Shown one piece after another: positions 47,261-55,299 of a stretch of 64,000 bases of DNA. How positions within the stretch are numbered: position 1 is the first letter of the stretch; the number at the start of each line of letters is the position of its first letter. Location of the stretch: positions 186,001 to 250,000 of the IMG/VR virus record IMGVR_UViG_3300032236_002285. One strand, 5' to 3'. Both the position numbers and the translations under genes were made by a program. Under the pieces are notes generated by a model. That model was not told the origin of the DNA. It ran no database searches and saw only the letters and a program-made list of their open reading frames with translations.

Positions 47261-47298
47261 GCCGGATGATCCACCGTTGAATCGCGGTGCCGGCTCCA
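47261..47298 (+). ncRNA. tRNA minihelix-like element (acceptor plus T-like arm, ends UCCA)
   Basis: GCCGG/CCGGC and CACCG/CGGTG stems, TTGAATCG loop. Confidence 0.5.
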
Positions 47299-47372
47299 GG
47301 GGAATTAGCTCATTTGGCTAGAGCGCTTGTCTGGCAGACAAGAGGTGACGAGTTCAAATCTCGTATTCTCCA
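47299..47372 (+). tRNA. tRNA-Ala(GGC)
   Basis: CTTGT-CTGGCAG-ACAAG; G3:U70. Confidence 0.9.
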
Positions 47373-47379
47373 CTAATAA

Positions 47380-47459
47380 GCGGGTGTCGTATAGTGGCAC
47401 GTAGTAGATTATGCCGGTCTTCCAAACCGGAGATGTGAGTTCGATTCTCATCACCCGCT
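47380..47459 (+). tRNA. tRNA-Gly(UCC) with enlarged D-loop
   Basis: CCGGT-CTTCCAA-ACCGG; U73. Confidence 0.85.
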
Positions 47460-47461
47460 CA

Positions 47462-47605
47462 AAGATAGTAGTAATGTACGAGTGTTACTTCGTATTTCCA
47501 ACGACTAGTTCAGGTTCGAATCCTGGGTTCCGCTCAAATGATAATATGCGGGATTAGTGTAACGGTAGCACAGTAAAAACACACTCAGCAAATTTTCTCT
47601 ATCTT
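47462..47605 (+). tRNA. circularly permuted tRNA (Gly-type acceptor) flanked by the split insert module
   Basis: 3' half (anticodon, T arm, GTTCCGC-T) at 47491-47534 precedes 5' half (GCGGGAT plus D arm) at 47548-47574; flanks pair AAGATAG/CTATCTT and GAGTGT/ACACTC. Confidence 0.7.
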
Positions 47606-47609
47606 ATTA

Positions 47610-47679
47610 GGGCCAGATGCCAACGGCAGGTCAACTCGCTTGCACCGAGATTGTTTGGGTTCGATTCCCACTGTGTCCA
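47610..47679 (+). tRNA. degenerate tRNA-Ala(UGC)-like gene
   Basis: CTCG-CTTGCAC-CGAG; G3:U70-like pair; bulged acceptor. Confidence 0.5.
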
Positions 47680-47835
47680 CTATATTTATTTTTCATAGCT
47701 ACCTAAACTTCAATATATTAATTATATATATACCATTAGATTAGATTAAAGAAAGGTTTTTAGACAGTTTAGTATTTTTAGATTAAAGAATGACTTGAAG
47801 TTAGACAATTAACTAAAAAATAACTATGCTAAAAA

Positions 47836-50799
47836 ATGAAAAAGATCCTAAAGTTCTTACTAGTGTCATTGACTCTAGTATTTTTTGTGCCTAAACAAGC
47901 ACAAGCCTCTCATTGCGCTGGAGCTGAATTATTATTCCAATGGCTTCATGACTCAACTTATCAACTTTATTACAAGTTTTACCGTGATTGTGCCGGTATT
48001 AATGAGCCAACAAATGTTACAGTTTGTTGTAGTAACAATTGTAATTCAACTACAATCAACGTAATTTTAAACAAAGTTACTACACTTATTCCTCCTGGTG
48101 TAAATAATGGAAATGAAGTTGCTAGAGTTTGTCCTGGTATACATACCACTTGTGGTAATCCAGCCGGAACAACACCTGGCTACAGAGAATGGTGGTATGC
48201 TAATACTGTAACTCTACCATCAAGATGTAACCACTGGACTTTTTCAGTAAGTCAGTCAGCTAGAAACTCTGGTATTACTAATTTATCTAATCCAGGTTCT
48301 CAAAATCTTTATACAGAAGCCACACTTGATAATAGAGATGCTCAAGGTGATACCTCACCTTTCTTTTCTGTTAAGCCGGTCCCGTATATCTGTGCTAATA
48401 TACCATACACTTATAACAATGGAGCTTATGACTTAAATAACGACTCTATGGTGTTTAAAATTGTTCAACCAAATGGTGGCTCAGGTTGTCCTCCAACCAC
48501 GTCAGCCATTGCTTTTGCTAATACAACACCAAGTTTAAATCTAACTGATAATCCTTTACAAACAAACAATACTTTTTCTATAAATGCTCAAAATGGATTG
48601 ATGAGTTTTACTCCAGCTGGAACACAAATTGCAGTTGTAACTATTCAAGTAGATGAATATAGAAATGGTAGAAAAATTGGTTCTGTAATGCGTGATATTC
48701 AAATTATTGTTTTGTCTTGTAATGTTCAGCAACCAGAAGTAAATATATCTGCTGCTTCTTTAAATAATGCAACTCTTGATAATAATGGAAACATTACAGC
48801 TTGTGCTGGAACACCTTTTAGTTTTTGTTTTGATGCTACAACACCAGATTCAAATGGTATTTTACTCGCATCTGATAACTCAAATATTGTAATGCCTAAT
48901 TCAGTAGTATCATATACTAATCAAACTACAGATACGGTTACTGGTTGTTTTTCTTGGTGGCCTTCTGTGTATGATACAGGTTATAAAATTTTTACAATAA
49001 CTATAATGGATTCATCTTGTCGTCCTCCTGGCTTAATGTTTTCACAAACATTTACCTTACCAATTTATGTTTGGCCTGCGACTAATATTCTAAGTGATAC
49101 CACAATCTGTAGAGGTGGTGCTGCAAATTTACTTGCTGTTGGTGGTGGAAATTTTATTTGGTCGGTTTTACCAGGAGGTTCTGCTTTATCAACTTTAAAC
49201 TGCACAAACTGCTCAAATCCAGTTGCTACTCCAATAATCACAACTCAGTATGTAGCTACATCTCAAATAACAAATGCTATTTGTAAAAATAAAGATACGG
49301 TAACAGTAGCGGTTATTCAACCATTTCAGATTATACTACCTGATACAACAACATGTGTTAATAATTCTTTACAATTAAATGCAGTAGTTAATACAACAAA
49401 TAATTATACTATATCCTGGACACCAAATACTTATTTAAGTAATGCTGGTATTAATAATCCAATTGTAACACCACCATCTGGTCAATCATTGATAACTTAC
49501 TATGTTAAAGTTTCTTCAATTGGTTCATCAGCTTGTTCAGTTACAGATACATTCAAATTAAAAGTTTTACAAGGATTTACTATCTATAATCATGATACAA
49601 CAATTTGTCTTGGTAAATCAGTAAATATAGCCGGCTCTGGTGATGCTTTATATAATTATACTTGGACACCAACCAGTGGTATAAGTACAATACTTACACC
49701 ATCAATAACACCAAATGTAGTTACAACAACAACGTATATTTTAACAGGTAAATATCCTGGTTGTAAAGATTCTACTAATAAAATTAAAATCACAACAGAA
49801 CCTGTACCAACTGTAGTAGCTGGTGCTGATAGACAAATATGTAGTGGTGATACTATTCATCTTACACCTTTAGTTACTCCAAGTTATCCATATGTTTACA
49901 CTTGGACACCAGGATCTTCATTAGATAATCCAAATTCTGAATTTGCTATCTTTTCAGGATTAATCACAACTCATTTATCACTAACTGTTAAATCACCAGT
50001 TGCTAATTGTTCATCAGCTGATAGTTTAATTATTAATGTAGTTAAACAATCTTTCTTAAAGGTTTCACCACAAGACACTTCAATTTGTCCATCTGATACA
50101 GTTATGATTAAATTAACCACACCTAATGATAAGTTAGTTATTTTTAATTGGAGCCCTCATAATTTTATCAGTGATTATAATTCAGTTAATCCTTATTTAT
50201 ACCCACCAACATCAATGGTTTATACTGCTTGGGCTACTGATACAGCTGGTTGTAATGATACTATATCAGCTTATATTGAAATTAGACCAGGTGCTGTAAT
50301 TGACATGCCTACATCAATTGGTTTATATCCTGGTGATTCTTATCAAATAACACCTCAAACTAACTGTACTAAATTTATTTGGTTTCCATCAAGTGGTTTA
50401 AATTATGACTCATTATCAAATCCAACAGTGACCAACTTAGGAGTTAATACTAAGTATATAGTTATTGGTCAAACAGAATGGGGATGTAAAGTATCTGATT
50501 CAATAAATGTAATGGTTATTAATGATTCTTATATTGATATACCTAATGCTTTTTCACCTACAGGTGATCACAATAAAACACTAAAAGTAATTCATTTAGG
50601 TTCTGCTACTCTTGAATATTTTAGAATATACAATAGATGGGGTAATAAAGTTTTTGAAACAAATGATATTAATGTTGGATGGGATGGTACTTATAATGGT
50701 CAAGCTCAATCACAAGGTGTTTATGTTTATGAAGTAAAAGCAATAACATATAAAGGTAGGGTCTTTATTAAACAAGGCAATATAACTTTGATGAAATAA
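47836..50799 (+). CDS. secreted adhesin-like protein with T9SS type-B (gliding motility-associated) C-terminal domain
   Basis: Signal peptide, ASHCAGAE start, Ig/PKD-like repeats, IPNAFSP...FRIYNRWGNKVFE...WDGTYNG...GVYVY...GNITLMK. Confidence 0.9.
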   Translation: MKKILKFLLVSLTLVFFVPKQAQASHCAGAELLFQWLHDSTYQLYYKFYRDCAGINEPTNVTVCCSNNCNSTTINVILNKVTTLIPPGVNNGNEVARVCPGIHTTCGNPAGTTPGYREWWYANTVTLPSRCNHWTFSVSQSARNSGITNLSNPGSQNLYTEATLDNRDAQGDTSPFFSVKPVPYICANIPYTYNNGAYDLNNDSMVFKIVQPNGGSGCPPTTSAIAFANTTPSLNLTDNPLQTNNTFSINAQNGLMSFTPAGTQIAVVTIQVDEYRNGRKIGSVMRDIQIIVLSCNVQQPEVNISAASLNNATLDNNGNITACAGTPFSFCFDATTPDSNGILLASDNSNIVMPNSVVSYTNQTTDTVTGCFSWWPSVYDTGYKIFTITIMDSSCRPPGLMFSQTFTLPIYVWPATNILSDTTICRGGAANLLAVGGGNFIWSVLPGGSALSTLNCTNCSNPVATPIITTQYVATSQITNAICKNKDTVTVAVIQPFQIILPDTTTCVNNSLQLNAVVNTTNNYTISWTPNTYLSNAGINNPIVTPPSGQSLITYYVKVSSIGSSACSVTDTFKLKVLQGFTIYNHDTTICLGKSVNIAGSGDALYNYTWTPTSGISTILTPSITPNVVTTTTYILTGKYPGCKDSTNKIKITTEPVPTVVAGADRQICSGDTIHLTPLVTPSYPYVYTWTPGSSLDNPNSEFAIFSGLITTHLSLTVKSPVANCSSADSLIINVVKQSFLKVSPQDTSICPSDTVMIKLTTPNDKLVIFNWSPHNFISDYNSVNPYLYPPTSMVYTAWATDTAGCNDTISAYIEIRPGAVIDMPTSIGLYPGDSYQITPQTNCTKFIWFPSSGLNYDSLSNPTVTNLGVNTKYIVIGQTEWGCKVSDSINVMVINDSYIDIPNAFSPTGDHNKTLKVIHLGSATLEYFRIYNRWGNKVFETNDINVGWDGTYNGQAQSQGVYVYEVKAITYKGRVFIKQGNITLMK

Positions 50800-50803
50800 A
50801 AAT

Positions 50804-50834
50804 AAAACCCATCTTAAAAAGATGGGTTTTTTAT
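50804..50834. terminator. bidirectional terminator
   Basis: AAAACCCATCTT-aaa-AAGATGGGTTTT. Confidence 0.85.
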
Positions 50835-50863
50835 TTTAAAACTTTTCCAGTAATAATAATTGT

Positions 50864-51067
50864 CTATTTGTTTAAAACATAATTTTGGTACATTGATTCG
50901 ATGTCAATATCTTCTGTACCTCCAACACTAGTAACATCAAAAAAATCAAGTTCATATTTCTCTCTTTCAGCAGTAGTTAATCCATTCCACCATTTTAGTG
51001 CCTTATCTCTAATTTTTTCAGAGTTATCACTTTTTGAAAAAAATTCAAACAATTTAATATATTTCAT
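50864..51067 (-). CDS. small protein with MKYIKLFEFF tag
   Basis: ORF. Confidence 0.6.
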   Translation of the reverse strand: MKYIKLFEFFSKSDNSEKIRDKALKWWNGLTTAEREKYELDFFDVTSVGGTEDIDIESMYQNYVLNK

Positions 51068-51215
51068 AAGATAGATTTTATTTTATTTATATATAAAATT
51101 TGTAGAATTAGAATCTTTATCGTATATTTGTAATATAATATCAACTATCATTTTTCTTTGTCAAAAGGTGGTGAAAAAATTTCAAAGAAATTTGAATTAA
51201 AAAGAAAAATGTAGT

Positions 51216-52034
51216 ATGAAAAACAAAGACTTCGGTGATCGTATGAAAATGTACGAAAACCAAACCTGCGGAATCAGATTGATTCCCAGAATTCCGGTAA
51301 TTGCTCGCCTTGATGGAAAAGGCTTTTCCAAATTCACTAAAGGTCTTAAAAGACCGTATGATGAAAGATTATCACGTTTGATGGCTGAAACAACTAAGTA
51401 TTTAGTTAAAGAAACTAATGCTAATTGTGGATATACTCAATCAGATGAAATTACTTTAATGTGGTACACTGATAAGATTGATGCTTCAATTTACTTTGAT
51501 GGTCGTCTTTTCAAAATGTTATCTGATCTTTCAGCAATGGCTTCTGTATTTTTTAACAGAAAACTTAGTGAATATCTTCCAGAAAAGTCTGACAAGATGC
51601 CAAGGTTTGACTGTAGAGTTTACAATGTACCTACTTTAGATGAGGCTATGAATTCATTCCTTTGGAGAGAACAAGATGCTACTAAGAACTCAATTACTAT
51701 GGCGGCTTCTGCTTATTACTCTCACAAAGAGTTAATGAATAAGAATGGATCTGAAAAACAAGAAATGCTTTTTCAAAAAGGTGTTAATTGGAATGATTAT
51801 CCAACTTTTTTCAAAAGAGGTTCTTATGTACAAAGAAAAAGAGTTTTAACTCCTTTCACTGCTGAAGAAATTGAAAGATTACCAGCTAAACACAATGCTA
51901 GAAAAGACCCTAGTATGTTAATTGAAAGATGGGTTATTGATGTAGTTGAACTACCTAAATTATCAAGTATTGAAAACTCAGTTGAAGTTATTGTATTTGG
52001 TGAAGAACCTAAACTAAAAAGTCCAGTTATTTAA
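51216..52034 (+). CDS. thg1: tRNA(His) guanylyltransferase Thg1 / Thg1-like 3'-5' polymerase
   Basis: RLDGKGFSKFT, YTQSDEITL, FDCRV, WREQDATKNSI. Confidence 0.9.
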   Translation: MKNKDFGDRMKMYENQTCGIRLIPRIPVIARLDGKGFSKFTKGLKRPYDERLSRLMAETTKYLVKETNANCGYTQSDEITLMWYTDKIDASIYFDGRLFKMLSDLSAMASVFFNRKLSEYLPEKSDKMPRFDCRVYNVPTLDEAMNSFLWREQDATKNSITMAASAYYSHKELMNKNGSEKQEMLFQKGVNWNDYPTFFKRGSYVQRKRVLTPFTAEEIERLPAKHNARKDPSMLIERWVIDVVELPKLSSIENSVEVIVFGEEPKLKSPVI

Positions 52035-52041
52035 CTGGACT

Positions 52042-52713
52042 TTATTTTAAATCAAAGACTATAATTTCCGACTCTTCTTTTGGTGAAATATCTATTAAAT
52101 TCTCTTCTATGTAACTTAAACCATCACCTTCGATTAGTTCTAATCCATTTATAGTAACTGAACCAGTTACAATGTATAAATAGTATTTTCTATTATTATT
52201 AATTTCAAAAGTAAAATCTTCAGTAAAAATACCTGCTAATAGTTTAGCATCTTGTTTAATTGGTAACTTTTCTGTTATATCACAGAATTTATTTAATTTA
52301 TCTTCTCTTGTGAATTGATACCAATCGTGATAAGAATCTGTATTAAATTCATTTGGTCTAATCCATAGTTGTAAATAACGATTTGGTTTATCAGAAGCAT
52401 TACCTTCAGTGTGCCAGATACTTTTACCAGCGCTCATTCTTTGTACAGCACCTGCCGGTATATCTAAAACTTTACCATGACTATCTGTGTGACGACAAGT
52501 TCCTTCCACAACATATCCAAATATTTCCATATTTTGGTGTTCGTGCCAAGGAACGTGTCCATTAGGTTGAACTCTATCATCGTTGATAGTTTGAAGGTCA
52601 CTAAAGTTCATATAACGAGCATCATAATAAGCTGGAAAACTAAAAGTTCTATATGAATTAATCCAACTAGCTCTAGGGTTACCTCTTGTATTATATGGTC
52701 TATGTACTATCAT
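52042..52713 (-). CDS. pirin-family protein
   Basis: HEHQNMEI, HTDSHG, QRMSAGKSIWHTEGN, LQLWI. Confidence 0.9.
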   Translation of the reverse strand: MIVHRPYNTRGNPRASWINSYRTFSFPAYYDARYMNFSDLQTINDDRVQPNGHVPWHEHQNMEIFGYVVEGTCRHTDSHGKVLDIPAGAVQRMSAGKSIWHTEGNASDKPNRYLQLWIRPNEFNTDSYHDWYQFTREDKLNKFCDITEKLPIKQDAKLLAGIFTEDFTFEINNNRKYYLYIVTGSVTINGLELIEGDGLSYIEENLIDISPKEESEIIVFDLK

Positions 52714-52723
52714 AAATTATATA

Positions 52724-53533
52724 TTAACACCAGTTATTACCCTCTGATGATACTAAAGGTGTGTAAATTGTAAATGTAGCAGGGAAGTAAAATGTTCCGG
52801 CTAAACTAGGGTTTACCGGATAACCTGGTCCACTATTTAAGTACCAATCATTATAAGCGGTATCAACCGCGCTAATAAGAAATTGATTATAACTAGAATT
52901 TACTCCAATTCTAACAAGTCCAGTACTTATAGAACTACCAGCACCCCAAGTTACGTTAAATATATAACCATCAGCATTTGTTCCTAAACTATTAGTGTTA
53001 AATATATTTGTAATTTCTGATAATTTTTGAGATGTTAATGCGTAATTAACAATTTGAAATATTATATTATCATTACCAGCTGAAATATATCCTAATAATC
53101 CATTAGTAGTAATTCCGCTACCAGTACCCAAAAGATTTGCGATGTCTGCTGTAGCTATTGTAAATGTAACTAAACCCCAAGAAGTCCAGTAACCATTATT
53201 ATTTAACCAAGTTTTAGCATCATCACCAGTTGTGAAATTTTGACCAGTAAGGTTATTTGCTTCTTCAAGAAAAGAAGCTTCTGTTAAAGTTGCTGATCTG
53301 CGAAAAGCAACATAAGCAAAAACACCATAAACCGGTGTGTGTTGGTCACCATTTAAATTAGGCTTAGCGATTACATATCCTATTGATTCATCTGGTCCAT
53401 TCCACCATTGTAATCCGGTTGAATCAAATCCAGCAATTGGTGTTCCAATTGCTAAACTTCCAACTTGGTCAGTTCCGGATATTGGCGCACCGGTGTTATA
53501 TGCGAAGGGTCTACTTACTTGAGGTCTTGACAT
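52724..53533 (-). CDS. hypothetical (probable virion-associated) protein
   Basis: G/T/S/N-rich ORF. Confidence 0.6.
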   Translation of the reverse strand: MSRPQVSRPFAYNTGAPISGTDQVGSLAIGTPIAGFDSTGLQWWNGPDESIGYVIAKPNLNGDQHTPVYGVFAYVAFRRSATLTEASFLEEANNLTGQNFTTGDDAKTWLNNNGYWTSWGLVTFTIATADIANLLGTGSGITTNGLLGYISAGNDNIIFQIVNYALTSQKLSEITNIFNTNSLGTNADGYIFNVTWGAGSSISTGLVRIGVNSSYNQFLISAVDTAYNDWYLNSGPGYPVNPSLAGTFYFPATFTIYTPLVSSEGNNWC

Positions 53534-54149
53534 CTTTATTAAATATTTTTTCTAAATACAAGTAAATGTATTTTTTGTATCTATTAATTGTTTTTTCATC
53601 ACAGAAACGTTTAATATCAGCCCAAAGGTGACCAGCTTGTCCACCAACACCTCTTTGTAATTTCTCCATACCTTTTTCCACACTTTTTGTAACTTTAGCA
53701 AGTTCATTAGCAATTGTAAAAGAGAAAGCCATAACTTCTTCTTTATTAGAAAAATAAGATTTTCTATCAAGAGGGCTTGGTAGATTATAATCTATTTTAC
53801 CTTTTCTTAAACTTTGTTCAGCGTGAACTCTTTCGTGACTAATGATATCTAACATAATTTCCTTGAAGTTAGGAATAAATCTAGCAGCATTTACATCTAC
53901 TAAAACAAACATAGGTTTTTTTCTAACTGGATTGAAAAGAGCAAAGAAAGGAACACCCATTCTTGGCGGTGCTGATTTTTTATTTTCTTCACTTAATGAA
54001 TTAAAGAACTCATCATAACCAACAACATCAAAGCCATTTCTTTCACCGAATTCTTTAGCTGATTCAAAAGAATTAACAGGTGCTTTATCCTCAATTGGTG
54101 TTGGCATAATAACTGCTTCAAATATGTTAAAAGGTTTTAGATGTTTCAT
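53511..54149 (-). CDS. HExxH metalloprotease-like protein with MKHLKPFNIFEA tag
   Basis: IISHERVHAEQ...EEVMAF; start reassigned to ATG 54149. Confidence 0.6.
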   Translation of the reverse strand: MKHLKPFNIFEAVIMPTPIEDKAPVNSFESAKEFGERNGFDVVGYDEFFNSLSEENKKSAPPRMGVPFFALFNPVRKKPMFVLVDVNAARFIPNFKEIMLDIISHERVHAEQSLRKGKIDYNLPSPLDRKSYFSNKEEVMAFSFTIANELAKVTKSVEKGMEKLQRGVGGQAGHLWADIKRFCDEKTINRYKKYIYLYLEKIFNKDVKTSSK

Positions 54150-54199
54150 AAAAGTATATATTAAAATAAACAAGTTGATAATTTTAAATTATAAGATTT

Positions 54200-54859
54200 A
54201 TGGAATTATTTCACTTTGATATTGAAACTGCGGGAAATTATAAAGATTATGATTCCTTCTTAGATAATGATGAAAGAGGAGCTAAACTCTTTGCTGGTAA
54301 GTATGAAAAAATGAACTGGTCAGAAAAATACACTGATATCAATGAGGCTTATCTCGAAAATGCTGGTATCATTTCTACTTATGGTAGAATCGTTTGTATT
54401 TCTTTTGGGTATATTGATAATGAAGGTAATAATAAAATATCATCTTTTTATGGAGATGATGAAGAGGATATTGTTAATTCATTTAACAACTTGTTGAAGA
54501 AGATTGAAACTAAGAGTTTTAATCTTAGTGGGTTCAGAATCAATTATTTCGACCTGCCTTGGTTGCTCCACAAACTACATAAATACGGCATTGAACCAGC
54601 AAATATGATTTACTTATATGATAAAAAGCCTTGGGACTTGCGTGTTGTTGATATGTCGGATGATTGGAAAGGTAAGTTTGCTTGGGCATTCTCGTTTGAC
54701 GAAATGTGTTATGAATTAGGCGTGGTATCACCAAAAGATATTATCAATGGTTCTGATGTTCATAAGTATTACTGGTCTGGTAAGATTGAACAAATTAAGA
54801 CTTACTGTGAGAAAGACGTTCATTCATCAATTGAAGTTTCTAAAAAATTGTATAAGTAG
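54200..54859 (+). CDS. PolB-related 3'-5' exonuclease
   Basis: FDIETAG, INYFDLPWL, YCEKDV (DEDD-type). Confidence 0.85.
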   Translation: MELFHFDIETAGNYKDYDSFLDNDERGAKLFAGKYEKMNWSEKYTDINEAYLENAGIISTYGRIVCISFGYIDNEGNNKISSFYGDDEEDIVNSFNNLLKKIETKSFNLSGFRINYFDLPWLLHKLHKYGIEPANMIYLYDKKPWDLRVVDMSDDWKGKFAWAFSFDEMCYELGVVSPKDIINGSDVHKYYWSGKIEQIKTYCEKDVHSSIEVSKKLYK

Positions 54860-55224
54860 TGAATAGAATAATACTATACATTGACCGTGATTGGAATTAT
54901 ATAGATTTAATAATATCAGATAGAGACTTTGAGACTCTTAAAGAATTACATACGATTAATTTTGATGTAGAGTTTGATATTTCATTTGATAATAAAACTC
55001 TTGATGAATCGTTAAATCATGAAAATCTTAAATATAGAAGAGATTATTTATTTGATAGTCTTTTACAAAATGGAGTTGATAAAATATTTATTGAAAAATC
55101 ACTTAGTTTAGGTTTGCCAATACCTGGTCATCTTTATAGAAACAATCATCCATTTGATATTGATAAAGCTTGGAGAGTTTCTTATAATAGAGACCAAAAA
55201 ATAAATAAAATATTAAAAAATTAA
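54859..55224 (+). CDS. hypothetical protein ending RDQKINKILKN
   Basis: ORF with probable GTG start. Confidence 0.6.
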   Translation: MNRIILYIDRDWNYIDLIISDRDFETLKELHTINFDVEFDISFDNKTLDESLNHENLKYRRDYLFDSLLQNGVDKIFIEKSLSLGLPIPGHLYRNNHPFDIDKAWRVSYNRDQKINKILKN

Positions 55225-55299
55225 TTTTTTTCAGATATTTATGATTTTGAACATTGTTAAGTCAATTAACTTCCTTATCTTTGTAAAAATAAACACCAA

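Noticed and set aside
47610-47680. Theta/HDV-like ribozyme after the tRNA array
   Set aside because: The segment folds better as a degenerate tRNA-Ala(UGC); I found no nested double pseudoknot.
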